Below, one piece after another: positions 35,047 to 49,414 of a stretch of 64,000 nucleotides of DNA. The number at the start of each line of letters is the position of its first letter. Within the stretch, counting starts at the first letter, position 1. The stretch is taken from positions 868,001 through 932,000 of the forward strand of contig JADEYG010000001.1 of the NCBI GenBank assembly GCA_016906335.1. Direction: 5' to 3'. Both the position numbers and the translations under genes were made by a program. The DNA is from Novakomyces olei. Lineage: Eukaryota. Under the pieces are notes generated by a model that was not told where the DNA came from, did no database searches, and saw nothing but the letters and a program-made list of their open reading frames with translations.

Positions 35047-35610
35047 GCTATAAACAAAAGCGCAGGTAAAAAGTAAATTGGTATTAAAGCATATTGTTGT
35101 AAATTGCCAGGTGCAATTTAGTACAGTACCACTAAACTCTAAATAATTGCACGCCCGTCCATTATATCCGTGTGGATAAAGTTTATTAGGCTCATGTGCC
35201 CTTTGCAAATTGTACTGCTTCCCACAGTGTTCAAGTAACGGGACATGTTTCGATACACATTTCCACAAGTAATCGCCATACTTTATCCGTTCCCAAACAA
35301 CACGCAAGTAATACGTTGCGTGATGTTTTCTCCTTTAGTCACACTCCTATTTGTCGGCTTATAGTGGTGCGATTTTGGATATTACGAGATAAAAAGGCCT
35401 CGACCGCTAAACACTGAAAAAGTGCAGTGGAGCCTAATTCTCAGCACTCGTTTGACAATAAACCTTTGGCACTCTTTTTCTGTGTGGACTCGGCTGCCGC
35501 TGTTCGATAGCCAATCTCTCTTTTGAAAGTTTCTCTCTGCCAAACGACTGTCGCGTTCTTTGCAAACGATTAATTCGTCCGACTGCCAATCATTCTCGGC
35601 TTCTGCTGAA

Positions 35611-36849
35611 ATGTATGTGTCCCACGCGTTTCTCTCGATCTAGTGTACATGTTTACGCCGTTTATCGCGGTCCGCTCGTGTTGCGCTTTACTTTTAGCTT
35701 TTTCTACACTTTTCTCGCCGACTATTTGGCTGTGCCTGCTTTTTTCTCTTGGCTCTTTACGTCTGCCGAGACCAGGGATGTTCTATTACCACCTGCACTC
35801 TTGACTATATCCGCCTTACGTCCGTTTGCGTGGTGATTGAGTGATATCCATTGTCCCGCTCTATTCAAATTAAGCGTCTTTTATTGAACTCTGCCTAACC
35901 CTGACCCGTTTTTTGATCTGTATCAAGCATCTAACTCTTCAGGAATTCAACTCTAAGTTCGCTGCCGGACTCGTACTCTGCCGTTTTTGCCCGCGTATCC
36001 GAGCTCCATTCCCACCTCTCTCTTGGTGAAAAACTCTGGGCAGCGTACTATACCTGGTTCAACAATGACACACTGGCCACAGGTATTATGTCCTTTTTGA
36101 TGCACGAGATCGTCTACTTTGGCCGCTGTTTGCCGTGGATGGTTATCGATTCTCTCCCCTTTTTCCGTCGGTGGAAGATTCAGCAGCAAAAAGTCCCCTC
36201 CAAGCGCGATCAGTGGGAGTGTACTAAGCTCGTACTCGCTTCTCATTTTACCGTCGAACTGCCCCAAATTTGGCTGTTCCACCCTATCTGTGAAGCTATC
36301 GGCCTTCAAGTCGGTGTGCCTTTTCCCAAATGGACGACAATGGTGCTACAGATTGCCCTGTTCTTCGTGATGGAGGATACCTTCCACTACTGGGCTCACA
36401 AGGCCCTGCACTACGGGCCTTTTTACCGCCATATCCATAAACTGCACCATAAATACTCTGCCCCGTTTGGTCTCGCAGCTGAGTATGCTCATCCGCTAGA
36501 AGTTCTTATCCTGGGAATGGGCACTGTAGGCTCTCCCATGCTTTGGTGCTGGCTGTCTGGCGGCAATTTGCATATTATTACAATGTACATCTGGATTACT
36601 TTGCGGCTGTTCCAAGCAGTTGATGCTCACTCTGGCTACGACTTTCCCTGGTCTCTGAACAAGATTATCCCGTTCTGGTCTGGTGCTGATCACCACGACT
36701 ACCACCATATGGCCTTCACTAACAATTACTCTACCAGTTTCCGGTGGTGGGATCATTTCATGGGCACTGATACAAAGTACAAGCAGTGGAAGAGCCGGCA
36801 GGTAAACGCGCCAGTGACTGAAACTGGTGCTGCTAAAAAGGTGGAATAA
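35611..36849 (+). CDS. ERG25: C-4 methylsterol oxidase
   Basis: His boxes HYWAH, HKLHH, HHDYHH; APFGLAAEYAHP; AT|G start split by intron 35613-35942. Confidence 0.95.
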
Positions 36850-37454
36850 ATTATTAGTTACCACATGGGGTTTCAACATTAAACAGTCTGGATTTGCGTC
36901 TGGGATTATCTATAAATTCAGTATTGGCTACAAGGCTAGAGCTGGGGTTGCTGTTTTCTCCTACTAAAGGCTTTACAAGTATCGCAGCGGTCATCGTTTC
37001 TGAGCCGATAGTTTGTTGTGGGCTTGTTTAATCAAATTAGACTTAGAGATTTGTTGGTTTTCTGTTTACCGCAGGCACGGGTATAGGTTACAAAACAAGC
37101 ATCGCTGGACTTGACTTGAACAAAGTTTTGTCTTTTTTTTTTTAAATTAATTTTATTCTATTTATTCTATTTTATTTTATTCCAATGTCGAGCACTAGCT
37201 ATAATTTTTTGCAAAGGTTGCCTGACATGAAAATTTTTCGGATAAGTCCACATTTATTGTTTTTGTTGTATTACTGGCTTTGCACCCGTCTTTCATGGCC
37301 GTGCCGACTTTATGCGGTCCGTATACACGATATAATTTCAATCTACCATTTGTAAATCTGCAAATTCACATAGTACATGAATAATGTTTGCTAGTATTTT
37401 ACTAATGAACGGTCCACGCATAATACAAACGATTCCGACGTATAATCCCCCAAT

Positions 37455-39668
37455 TTATCGCTTTGGACTTCCACGCAACGGCTGTTCCAGCAAGACGGGT
37501 TTCAGCACACGTTCCTCAAAATCCAGGAACCATCGTGCGTGGTCATCCGTGTTTGAATGGATGATAGAGCCAATGCCATGAAACGAACTGTTTGAGGCGC
37601 TTTGCCCAGGCGTGACCTGACCGGAAGGAATTCTTGTCCCTGATCCAGCAGAAGCAAGAGGAGGCAGATCTGAAGCTGAGGAATCAATTGATTCCCTTCG
37701 TGTCGACGAAGAAGAAGCAATTCCTGCAGAAGAAAGCTTTCTCGCAGTCGAGACTGCCGACAAGTCTTTTGAATTATCAGCAAGAGCAGAAGAGTTTGAA
37801 GGCTTTCCCGCCGGCTCCAGTGGAATCGCCTCAGCAGTAGCAGGTTCGGCTAAATCGTCTTTACTGCTGTCACTACTGCTGCTGCTCCCGCCAAGCGTGC
37901 TTGCTCGAGCATAAGCCGGCAGCCCTGCCGTTTCAATATCAAACTCGTCATCGCTCTCCAAGTCTTCAATAACGCCAGTTCGAATCCCGAGAATTTCCAG
38001 CATTCGTGCAGTAGTGCCTCCAAATACAATGACAGTCAAGACAACCACTACCAGGATTGTTGCCTTAAGTGACGGAGCATACTCTCCTTCAAGTCCGGCT
38101 GCTAAAGCTACGCCGACAGCTCCTCGAAGTCCCGCCCAAAACAGCATTACCTGGTACGAGTGTGGAAGTTCTTCGGGATCGAGTGGATGCCGATGCTGAA
38201 GTACCACGTTTACTACTCGAGAAATCGGAAAGACTGCGAGGTACCGTGCTGCACAGACGGCCAGCTAAGAAGGAGTTAGATAAATTCCGATGAAACCGAC
38301 TCTTAGTTTTTTATTTTATTTTAATTTATATCTTTTTTCATACCGTTGTGACAAGAATAAGGAGGGGCTTGAATATAAAATCGACCTCTGTGAACAAGGA
38401 AATTCCTAGGTAGATAAAAATAAAGTTCTCCGAGAGTTGTGCCAGTGTTTGAAAGATGTACTTTGTGCTGAGCTGTGTGCGCCGGGACATGTTGTAGTAG
38501 GCATAATGCTTGAGTGTTATACCACAAAACAGGAGACTCACAATTCCTTATGATTAGTATATGCTAGTCATTTCATCATATGACGGTAGTCGAAAAAAGT
38601 TGAGCTGGCGTAGTGCATACACACCAGTACATGATGAAGCCAGTAGCGTAGTAGTCCAAAACTAAAAAACCAAAGGAAGCACAATCATACCCGACATCTG
38701 GCAACCATTGGAAAAGAGATACGATGCATAAGCCAGTAATAAGATAAGGCAAGTTTCGATGTTGGGATAACGCCTTAAATGAGAGTGTTTCAAAAGCAAA
38801 GCTGCAAATATTCCTACAAGCACGCCAATGACAAGACTCACAATGAAAGATACCAAAAATATGCCAACTCCCTTGAACAAGCTGACCATATGCATATCTT
38901 TCCCGTGAAACTGTTGTAAAGTTTCAAACATGACGATAGAAACGGCATCGTTTAAAATACTTTCACCAAAGATAACGGTATACAGTTTCGGGTCCACCTT
39001 GTAAGTATTGAAAATAGCCAAAATAGTGACGGGGTCAGTGGCACTTAGTGTGGCACCCACACTTAAAGCCTCAACAAACGATATATTAACCTTTTCCAGC
39101 CCGAGTACGGTCCAAGCAAAGACAAGGATTCTGAAGGTTAGAGCATTCACGAAACAAGCACATACCCAATGACAATAGCGGAAAGAAAAGTTCCGGCAAA
39201 CGCAAACGTCAGAATTGTCCCAATATTCCTGAAAAAGTTTGCCTGCTTGAGCTCGTAGCCAGAATTGAGGATAATCGGCGGCAGCAAAAGGTTAAAAAAG
39301 TACGTGTAATGGAACGAGACCATTTGCTGGATTGCCAGTCCCGGCGATACCCGGATAATAAGCCCTACAACCATGCCTGCAAGACAATTGCAATTTAATA
39401 TTGTACGGCACTGCAGCTGAAACCTTACCCGCGAAAATGGAGATGACCGTCTCATGAACGGCCCGGATCCGTTTGAGCTGCAAGTAATAGCTTGTAAGCA
39501 GCGCGCCAATCAAAAGCGCGACCAGGATAAAAAGAGCCCATGAAGAATATAATTCTTCAAGAGCGGGATCCTTGTTTGGATCTTCCGCCTCTGTATCGCG
39601 ACGAAATAATTCTAAAGCTTGTCTTGTTAAAAGCGCTCTTTAAAAAAACTTTGCAGCCTACGGAACAT
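37455..39668 (-). CDS. NHX1: Endosomal Na+(K+)/H+ exchanger, multi-exon
   Basis: FFNLLLPPIILNSGY, SATDPV, FGESILNDAV, WAGLRGAVG; start inferred from a 7-nt first exon. Confidence 0.93.
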
Positions 39669-40052
39669 TTCTTTGGCCTTTAACCTGCGCGTCAAAACGC
39701 GTTTTGAATCGGTCGTCGATTTACCCGCTCTTTGCCCGAGTTTATAGTGAAAGCTGCACGGCCTTATGCCATGTCCGCTCGTGCTGCGCGTATAGGTAAC
39801 AGGAATATATATAGCCAGAGCAATGTACTGCAATTGTTATACACTTTTATTGCATTAGTTTAAATTATCATTATGGCACGCGTGTGCATCATTATTATCA
39901 GCTATTATTATTACCATTTATCAGATATATTATTAATTATTACCGGATTATCAGATATCATTATTTGTATTACCAGAATTATCAGATTAGGCCGCACCGT
40001 ACGGCGGGGAAAATGGTTCACTAGCGTATTGCCGTCAGGTGTCAATGGTCCA

Positions 40053-41650
40053 ATGGATTCTCAGTCACAGGCGCCTCCATCGCGGCGCGTTGTGGTCACT
40101 CGAATGCTCCTGATAGCTTTGTCCCTCGGCGGGCTGCAGGTCACTTGTAAGTACTGTAGTTTTTGGATAGTGGATCAGTCAGCTAAATACGATGAACAGG
40201 GTCGGTAGAAATGTCGTTTGGAACGCCTCTCCTCTACGCCCTTGGCCTTCCTAAGAGCTGGATTGCTCTCGTATGGATCGCCGGGCCCTTGTCGGGCATG
40301 CTGTGCCAGCCAATGAACGGAATACTGTCGGACCGATCACGATTTCGTATGGGCAAACGACGGCCTTTTCTTCTCATCTCGGTCCTTTGGACAAACCTGT
40401 CTCTCGCGCTTATCGGCCTGGCACAAAGCTTAGCCGGCGAAGCTCAAGGCTCTGGCCGTCGGCTTGCGGGGCCCTTGACTTTGGCAATCTTGGGGGTCTA
40501 CAGTATAGATTTTTCCGTTAATCTGGTCACTTGTTCCGCCCGGGCTTTAATGGCGGATATCATCCCCACTGAATCGCTGTCTGCCGCAAACGCCTACTGC
40601 GCTGCTTTTGTCTGTTTGGGGAATATCGTTGGGTTTTTCGCTGCCTCTGCCAATCTGGAGCATTTGTTCCCGTTTCTCCATGCCACACAGTTTCAGACGC
40701 TGTTGCTACTCGCCGGCCTGATTCTTACCATCAGCGTTTGCATTACTTGTGCTGCGATTACTGAACGTGACGCTAGTCAGGACGCGGCCCCAGCCGTTTC
40801 ACTGATGTCTACTTTTACCGGGTTTTTCGGTCATTTAGCGCGCTCTATTCGCCGCTTACCGTCATTGTCTCGGGGCGTTTGTTTTGCACAGTTTTTCGCC
40901 TGGATCGGATGGTTCCCTGTACTGTTTTATGCCTCCAGTTATGTTGGCAGCATGTATTTGAAGGGACTCGCTCAAGAACAGCCACAGGGCGGCGGCCGCG
41001 ATAATACGCAGGTTGACTGGCAATATGCAGCACGAATGGGCTCTCTTTCTATGCTTCTTTTTGCCGTGGCCTCGTTTGCCGTCTCTGTCGTTCTGCCTTG
41101 GATTGGCCGGAATCCGGAACATGGGGGATCCCTTGTGGCCAAGTGGACCCCAAGTCTCGTACACATTTGGTGTGCTGGCTGTGTAATATTCGCGATAGAT
41201 ATGATGGCGACATTTTTCGTTTTCGAAGTTTACGGAGCCATGGCCATAATTGCGGTGGCAGGTATCTCCTGGGGAATAACGCTGTGGGTGCCATTTTCCC
41301 TTATTTCGGTAGACATTTCCCGTAATGCAAAGGGGTACGAGCGAGTGCGTACAAACGCGGAGAGTGTGGATGAGGATATGGTAAAGCCCGGGGATGAAGA
41401 TTTGCCTTTACAAGCGGGCTCTATCACTGGCATTCATAACTTTTTTATCGCTTGCCCTCAGGCCCTGTCTACTTTGGCTGCCTGTATCGTGTTTCTAGTG
41501 CAGCAGCACAACCACCCGGAACAAGGCAACCACGATGTACAAGCACAGGGGGCCGGAATTGAATGGGTGTTCCGCATTGGTGGCGTTGCTGCTATTATTG
41601 CTGCCTATATGACTACACGGATCGATTTAGATGCTGGCCGGCCTTCGTAA
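40053..41650 (+). CDS. GPH/MFS sucrose or alpha-glucoside transporter (S. pombe Sut1 / SLC45-like)
   Basis: GGLQVTW|SVEMSFGTP, WIAGPLSG, SDRSRFRMGKRRPF, QFFAWIGWFP, GIHNFFIACPQ. Confidence 0.9.
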
Positions 41651-42122
41651 CTTGATTTATACGGGGGAAGTCTTGGTTTTTGGAGGGCAATAGCGACGCG
41701 ATTACAGCTTTGAGTGATGATCTTATAGCTTTTAGTGATGATCTTATAGCCAGTTTTATGCAATCTAATTTATTTAATGTACGTACGTATATTTGTTAGC
41801 CAGCCGTAGCCGTGCTCACAGATAATAATAGACATACTATTAGATCATATTATTCTTTAGGCAAAAGTAGAGTGTAATTTTGTTTATTAGTGTATAGTAA
41901 GTACAGTTTCCACGTATTCGAAACATACTATTATGCAATGTGCCTCATTATCAGTTTTCAAAGACACATCTCTATTCGCCAGACCTGCCGAACCCTAAAA
42001 TTGGCCAATACATTTTGTGATAAAGACATAATGAGATTATCGTGAGCTATAATTTGATTAAAACGAGAAAATACTTGATTTTTATAAAGCTGCACAACTT
42101 ATCTTGACCGACCAATTGTAAG

Positions 42123-42208
42123 TTTATTTATTTATTCATTTATTTTTTTATTTATTATTCATTCATTCATTCATTCATTTATTCATTCATTCATTCATTT
42201 TTATTATT
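42123..42208. repeat. (ATTT)n/(ATTC)n tract just upstream of LYS4
   Basis: Directly visible. Confidence 0.85.
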
Positions 42209-42263
42209 GTATTTCGATACCTTTTTCTGGTCGCAAATAAAAGAAAAAAGAAAAGACCAGAGG

Positions 42264-44357
42264 ATGGGTCGGGCTTGGACCCCTCTTGTCTGGCGACACG
42301 GTCTGCGGCGCCCGGCGCGGCAGACCTGCTTAGTAGCGACGGGAAATGCTCATTTTTCGCCCTATTCTACGGCGCCGGCGCCCCAAAATCTGATTGAAAA
42401 AATTGTGCAAAAGTATGCAGTTGGCCTGCCAAACGGTAAGCGTGTGCAGTCTGGCGATTACGTCACAATCAAGCCAGAGCACTGTATGTCGCACGACAAC
42501 TCTTGGCCGGTTGCACAAAAATTTATGGGGATCGGTGCGACAGAAATCCGAGATAAACGGCAGATTGTAATGACGCTGGACCACGATGTGCAAAACCGGT
42601 CGGAGAAGAACCTGCAAAAATACGCAAATATCGAAAAGTTTGCCAAGTTACAGGGCGTTGATTTCTATCCTGCCGGCCGAGGCATTGGGCACCAGATTAT
42701 GATTGAAGAGGGTTATGCTTTCCCCTATACTATGGTGGTCGCCAGTGACAGCCATAGCAATATGTATGGCGGTATAGGAGCATTGGGCACACCGGTAGTG
42801 CGTACCGACGCTGCTGCTATTTGGGCCACTGGACAGACTTGGTGGCAGATCCCACCAGTCGCCAAAGTCGTTTTGCAAGGCCAACTGCCGCCTTTTGTCT
42901 CTGGCAAAGATCTGATTGTCAGTCTTTGTGGTGCCTTCAACCGTGATCAGGTGTTGAACCACGTCGTTGAGTTTACCGGTCACGGAGTGGAAACCCTGAG
43001 TGTCGATGATCGACTGGCCGTGGCCAATATGACGACAGAATGGGGCGCATTAGCCGGCGTCTTCCCCGTAGACAATCGGCTCCTTGCCTGGTACCGAGCA
43101 AAGTCGGCACGGGTTCCGCCCTCCCATCCTCGATTGGGCGAAGCGAGGGTGCAAGGGCTGCACCCCATCGCCCCCGACCCCGGCGCCCACTATGCGAAAA
43201 CCCTGACTATTGACCTGCGCTCACTAGCACCACGTGCGTCTGGGCCCAACAGTGTAAAACTGGCAACTGCAGTTGGTGAGTTGGAGCGGCAAAGCATTGC
43301 CGTGCAAAAGGCCTACCTTGTCTCGTGCACGAATTCAAGGCAGAGCGATATCAAAATAGCCGCTGATGTCGTCCGGGGAAAACGGGTGGCAGATGGAGTC
43401 GAATTTTATATTGCTCCGGCGAGCAGCCAGGTCAGGGAAGACGCTGAGCACGACGGTGACTGGCAGGCTTTACTGGCCGCTGGAGCGCGGCCACTGCCGG
43501 CCGGCTGTGGCCCATGTATCGGCCTCGGAGTTGGGTTATTAAAGGATGGAGAGGTCGGCATCAGTGCCACTAACCGTAACTTCAAGGGGAGAATGGGAAG
43601 CCGTGAGGCTTTTGCTTACCTGGCGTCTCCGGCAGTAGTTGCTGCTTCTGCGGTAGCCGGAAAGATTTGTAATCCTCCTCTACCAGCAGGTACAGAGTTT
43701 GCACAAGAGCTCAAGTACGATATTACACTGCCTCCGGTCTCGGAAGGTGGTGGTAATTCCGGAGCATCGGAAGAGGTTCCGATCCTGCCCGGGTTCCCGG
43801 AGCGGATTGCCGGCGAGCTTGTTTTTTGTGATGCGGACAACCTCAACACAGACGGAATTTATCCCGGCAAGTATACGTACCAGGACGATGTGCCAAGGGA
43901 GAAAATGCGGCAGGTTTGCATGGAAAATTATGACCCAGAGTTTGTGGAAAAGGCACGGGACTCTGATATTTTGGTCTCTGGATTTAATTTTGGGTCCGGC
44001 AGCTCACGCGAACAGGCAGCAACCGCTATTCTGTCCCGTAACATTCCGCTCGTGGTAGCCGGATCCTTTTCCGACATTTTTAAACGCAACTCTATCAATA
44101 ACGCCTTGCTCTGCCTGGAATCGCCCTACTTGGTAGAGCGGCTGCGTAACGCTTTTGCCAGTGCAGGGGAGCGGCAGTTGACGCGTCGCACGGGATGGCA
44201 CCTGGAGTGGGATGTGCGTCGAAGCACGATTACAGTGACTGAGCCCTCGGGTGAGCGTTGGTCTCGGGCTACGGGCGAGTTGGGTCAGTCTGTACAGAGC
44301 CTATTTGTAAAAGGCGGCCTCGAAGGTTGGGTCAAGGCTGAACTGGACGGAAAGTAA
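42264..44357 (+). CDS. LYS4: Mitochondrial homoaconitase
   Basis: [57 protein letters not shown]. Confidence 0.96.
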   Translation: MGRAWTPLVWRHGLRRPARQTCLVATGNAHFSPYSTAPAPQNLIEKIVQKYAVGLPNGKRVQSGDYVTIKPEHCMSHDNSWPVAQKFMGIGATEIRDKRQIVMTLDHDVQNRSEKNLQKYANIEKFAKLQGVDFYPAGRGIGHQIMIEEGYAFPYTMVVASDSHSNMYGGIGALGTPVVRTDAAAIWATGQTWWQIPPVAKVVLQGQLPPFVSGKDLIVSLCGAFNRDQVLNHVVEFTGHGVETLSVDDRLAVANMTTEWGALAGVFPVDNRLLAWYRAKSARVPPSHPRLGEARVQGLHPIAPDPGAHYAKTLTIDLRSLAPRASGPNSVKLATAVGELERQSIAVQKAYLVSCTNSRQSDIKIAADVVRGKRVADGVEFYIAPASSQVREDAEHDGDWQALLAAGARPLPAGCGPCIGLGVGLLKDGEVGISATNRNFKGRMGSREAFAYLASPAVVAASAVAGKICNPPLPAGTEFAQELKYDITLPPVSEGGGNSGASEEVPILPGFPERIAGELVFCDADNLNTDGIYPGKYTYQDDVPREKMRQVCMENYDPEFVEKARDSDILVSGFNFGSGSSREQAATAILSRNIPLVVAGSFSDIFKRNSINNALLCLESPYLVERLRNAFASAGERQLTRRTGWHLEWDVRRSTITVTEPSGERWSRATGELGQSVQSLFVKGGLEGWVKAELDGK

Positions 44358-44709
44358 AGGGTTTATAGAGGATTTATTTGGAGAAAGTAGATCTGGAGGC
44401 TGACCGTGTAATTTGTTCAGTGGAAAAGCGATTCGAACGCGGAATCGAAAAAGAGAAATTTGGAGATTAAAAGAGATTAAAATGTTGGTTCACTTGAACA
44501 CTGACGTTAGAGGAGGAGCGGCTAGCTATTCTTTTAATCAAAAAGCATCGAAAATAGAGAATAGTCAATGCATTGGAGAATCAAGTAGAACGGTTTCCTT
44601 ATCGTGCATTCAGATCCAATAATCAGTATATGTTTAGTATATGGCTTTAGATTAAAACTAATTCTGCTTTCTTTTTCAATTTTCCTTCCATTTCGGATCT
44701 TGCAGTCTT

Positions 44710-45364
44710 TCAAGCAAACTGGCTCAAAAAGTTCTCTGCAACAAACCGTGCCCGTCCGTTGAGAAACAACCGCATTTCACTGATTTCCGCATCAACTTCT
44801 TCCATAAACTGGCATCAGTAAAGGTCAATGCATGTCGGTATTACCTGAATAATGAAATCCACTAGCTTATGCTTGTACATGGCCTCCGTGTGAAAATTGG
44901 TAATTAAAAAGGATATATCGTAGCCCTAGACCAGGTCAGTTGAGTACCATCGCTGTTCACGTACGGGGATAGGCTTGCGCCGTAGAATGATAAACGACTC
45001 GGCTCGGCCCATAAGAAAGCTCATAAACTTGTGAACCAGAATATGCTCAATTTCGTCGACTTGTTTGATTCGAATAGAGACTCGTACAGAGTTGATACTT
45101 GGCTCAACAAGTACTTGTTCCGCTTCATTGCGGCTAATTTTGACCGGGTTAAGGATCACTTCGCGTGTGACTCCTGCCTCTACTTCTGGACGGTTGTGCC
45201 GCTCAACAACCTGAAAGTTAGACTATTCTGATTGTCCATTCTCACCTGGCAAGCAAAGTCTTCAAGGGTAAGAGCCGCCGTTAGTGTGAGCCGCACTGCA
45301 CTCAAATATGATCGCAGAGTATTTGACTAGAAGATTAGAGAAGACTCTACAAGACTCGTACCAT
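44710..45364 (-). CDS. ARC19: Arp2/3 complex 20-kDa subunit (ARPC4), multi-exon
   Basis: ATG-only first exon; [58 protein letters not shown]. Confidence 0.93.
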
Positions 45365-45773
45365 ATTGAATGGAGCAGTGGCCAATGGTAACTAGTCGAG
45401 ATCTTTGCCGCTCTCAATTGCTCCCAATCTAATCCAATCACAAACCCGCTGCCTATATCGCCGTATTACTCGGCTCGTGTTCATACAATATTATCTGTAT
45501 TTTATTTGTACGAGTACCAGTTAAACTAGTCGTTTATTCCTGCAAGACTATCAGTATTTATTTTGTTTTGTAATGCGTTTTTTATACGAAATTGTGTATT
45601 TATACAAGTGGAGAAAAGTCAAATATCGCTATCACTCTATATACTCTTCCATATACGATTTATACATATGTTGATACCGGTTAGGGTTTTCTGCGTCCAA
45701 TGCTGGTGTTCGGATGACGCGTTACCTTTAAAAGAGCATTTAATTGCTTTACGATTCCAAAAGACCTGACAGC

Positions 45774-48700
45774 ATGGTGGCCTTTACTTCAGCAGGTAAG
45801 GCTGAAAATCCACCATTTCGTTTACTAACTCTAATCTTAAAGGCGGGCTGATCGCGCTGCTGGATGAAGAGGATCCGGAGCTGCAAGTCTATGCGCTTAC
45901 GCAACTGAACGATATTGTCGAGCAATTTTGGCCAGAGATTGCCGATCATGTATCAAAAATGTATACGTATCAGTACCGTTGAGGAGTACTAATTATGTTA
46001 GGGAAGCGCTTTACGAGCAAGAAGGGTTTGCGGAGAAAGAACTGGCTGCCTTGATTGTGTCTAAAGTCTATTACTACCTGGGCGAGTACGATGAATCAAG
46101 GAACTTTGCCCTTATGGCAGGCAAGCGATTTGATATAGCGCAGCAAAACCCGTTTGTACAGACTATTATTGGTAGGCCTTAGTGCAACAAAAAACAAAAG
46201 AAAATAATGAATTAATCTCTTGGCCCGGTTTCTAACGTCAGCAAAATGTATCGATGCTTACGTAGAGCAATCGGCTAAAGTGCACGATGAAGGAATTCCT
46301 CATAAACTTGACCCCAGACTGGTTACTGTTGTAGAGCGAATGCTTGATCGTTGCTTCCAACATAAACAGTACAAGCAGGCTATTGGAATTGCCCTCGAAT
46401 CCAGGCGGTTGGACGTGGTGGAAAATGCTCTGGCACAGGCAGCTGCAGCTGACGACCGTGTGGCGGCCTCGTACATTCTCTCAGTGGCTATGAGTTTGGT
46501 ACAGAATTTGCAGTTTCGAAACAAAGTTTTACGTACTATTCTCAAGTATTTCCTGGAAGAAGGTCACGCTGACTACTTTTCAGCAGTTGTCTGTATTGTG
46601 CATTTGAATGATCCAGAAGTTGCTGCTAAATTACTCACCGATCTCACCGCTGGCAATAGCGATGACCGTGCACTATTAAAATCATACCAGATCGCTTTCG
46701 ATCTGGAGGCCTCAGCAACGCAAGAGTTTTTGGCCCGAACGATTGAGCTTTTGCCCAAGGATCAAGAGGCACCGGAACCATCGAGCAGCAATACAGATGC
46801 AAAGCCTGAATCAGAAGCGCAATCCTCTAAGCCCGATGTGTATGAAACGTTAAGGCGTATTTTGTCTGGCGATGAAACAATCAAAATCTACCTTGAATTC
46901 CTTTCCAAAAATAACCACAGCGATACTTATATCCTGAATGAAACAAAAGATGCTTTGGAATCGCGCAGCTCTATTTTCCATTCGGCCGTAACATTTGCAA
47001 ATGCCTTTATGAATGCGGGAACAACTTCCGATAGCTTTTTCCGTTCAAATTTAGAATGGCTTTCACGTGCTACGAATTGGTCCAAGTTTGCTGCCACTGC
47101 AGCTCTTGGAGCTATTCACAAGGGCAATCTTTCCCAGAGTATGAACTTGCTGAATCCCTATCTACCAAAAGACAATGTGAGCCGCTCCGTTTACAGTGAA
47201 GGCGGCTCCCTCTACGCGCTGGGTCTCATTTACGCAAACCATGGAAGCAGTATAATGGGCTTTTTACGGGAACAACTAAAAACTCACGAGGACGAAGTGA
47301 TCCAGCATGGAGCCTGCCTTGGACTCGGTGTTGCGGGAATGGCCACTGGGGACGAAGATGTGTATGAGGATGTTAAAGAAGTATTGTTCTCCGATAAGGC
47401 AGTAGCCGGCGAGGCTGCTGGTTTAGCAATGGGTTTAATCATGCTGGGCACTGGCTCAGAAAAGTCGATTGAAGAAATGCTGACTTATGCCCATGAAACT
47501 CAGCACGAAAAAATTGTGAGAGGCTTGGCCATTGGGATTGCTTTGTTGGTGTATGCCAAAGAGGAATCGGCCGATTCCACAATCAAATTGCTGTGTGAGG
47601 ACGCAGACCCTCTACTCCGGTACGGAGGCATGTTTGCCATATTCCTGGCCTATGCGGGTACAGGGAACAGCAAGGCAATCAAAAGTCTTTTGCACTATGG
47701 CGTAAGCGATGTAAACGATAATGTAAGGCGAGTTGCTATCATGGGACTCGGATTTATCATGTTTCGTAACCCACAGTCGGTGCCGCCTATCATTGAACTC
47801 GTTGTAGAGAGTTACAATCCCCATGTTCGCTATGGGGCGGCTATGGCATTGGGCATCGCCTGCGTCGGAACTGGCCTGGATAGTGCTCTTGATTTACTCA
47901 GCACTCTGGCCAAAGACAATGCTGATTTTGTAAGGCAGGGGGCTATGATTGCGACGGCTATGATACTGATGCAGCACAACGATCAGTCCAGTGATCGGGT
48001 TGATTCTGCCCGTAAATCATTTGAGAAATCAATCAAGGCCAAGCATGAGGATGCTATGGCCAAGTTTGGAGCTGCTTTGGCTCAGGGCATCATTGATGCG
48101 GGTGGACGTAATGCAACTATTGGCTTGCAGTCTTCATCACTCACTTCAAACATGAGTGCGATTGTGGGGATGGCCCTTTTCACCCAGTACTGGTATTGGT
48201 TCCCACTAACGCACTTCCTCACACTCTCATTTACTCCGACCGGGTTTTTGGGCCTAAATAAGGATTTAAAGGCGCCTAATTTTGAAATTGTATCAAACGC
48301 ACGTCCAAGTCTGTTTGCTTATCCGCCCATGTCGAAACCTCCAACAGATAAAAAGGTGGAGAAGGTTGAAACGGCGGTCCTTTCCACTACAGCCAAAGCA
48401 CAGGCGCGTGCAAAACGCAATGAGCTTGAAAAAGAGGCTAAAGAGAAGGAGGATGCAATGGATCAGGATGAAGAGGCTACCAACAATGACGGCAAGGAAA
48501 CAGGTACTGCTGCCCTTCCAAAGGAGGAAGGAGACGAGAGTAAGCCGCTGATTGACGTGGACATGCCCACATCCACGGAAGAGACTGCGACTGCTGGTAA
48601 GCGAAGAAAAGACGAGCCCAGGTCCCAAAGTATTCCCAATTTCAGCCGGGTCGTACCGAGCCAGCTGCCTTTTATCGCAATGAAACCGGATTCTCGGTAC

Positions 48701-49038
48701 CATCCCGTCACAAAGGTAAGGGACTTTTAGTACTTTTACATTCTATTTTAATATTTTTATTTTTAAAAAATTCATTTTTGCATTTGCAATCAATGCTAAA
48801 GGCCCAGCCGTCCATCGGAATAAACATGCTGTATGACGACAGACCGGACGAGACACAGGATTTGATTGAGTTCAAGACTGAGGAGCCGCCGGCTACTGCA
48901 GCTGCACCTAATCAAGGCCAGACCGATGACGAGGAGGAAGCTCCTGTTCCTGAGGATGTAAGTTAAATTTCAATTCTCTTTTTTTTAGAGGCGCAACTAA
49001 CTGGACAGTTTGAGTATCCATTTGAGGATGATGATTAA
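45774..49038 (+). CDS. RPN2: 26S proteasome regulatory subunit Rpn2, 6 exons
   Basis: MVAFTSA|GGLIALLDE, NLEWLSRATNWSKF, PC repeats, QYWYWFPL, terminal FEYPFEDDD. Confidence 0.96.
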
Positions 49039-49414
49039 AAGACCAATAAGCATTTACATATATGTAGACATTTAATTATTTGTTTATCAGCTTTGCAGTC
49101 TGTCTAACTGTGCAAAGTAGTATGCATAGAAGAATAAATATGCGACAAGGAGCGATGGCGCAGTCTAAGTATGATGCACTACTCGTCCTGCAGGCGTAAA
49201 AGCATGTAGACAGTTCTTATATACATCCTCATAATTTCTAGTGTATTTTTTATGCACTCAGCTTGCTTCTTCGTGGATATTGCTAACCAGCAATGTTATC
49301 GTTTGTTAATTATACTGAATTTATTTTTTCTTTTTTCTTTTATTCATTTATTTCCTCCGTAATCTTTATCTAGCGTAGGACTCGCCTAATAGACTTTAGA
49401 GCAAACTGCACGTA

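Noticed and set aside
41705..41750. GTGATGA box-C-like motifs
   Set aside because: Part of a short tandem duplication in a 3' region, with no box D or guide sequence seen
3437..44357. Apparent clustering of mitochondrial genes (2 PPR, KGD4-like, HER2, LYS4)
   Set aside because: Interspersed with unrelated housekeeping genes; frequency is plausible by chance; the two PPR proteins show no evident tandem-duplicate similarity
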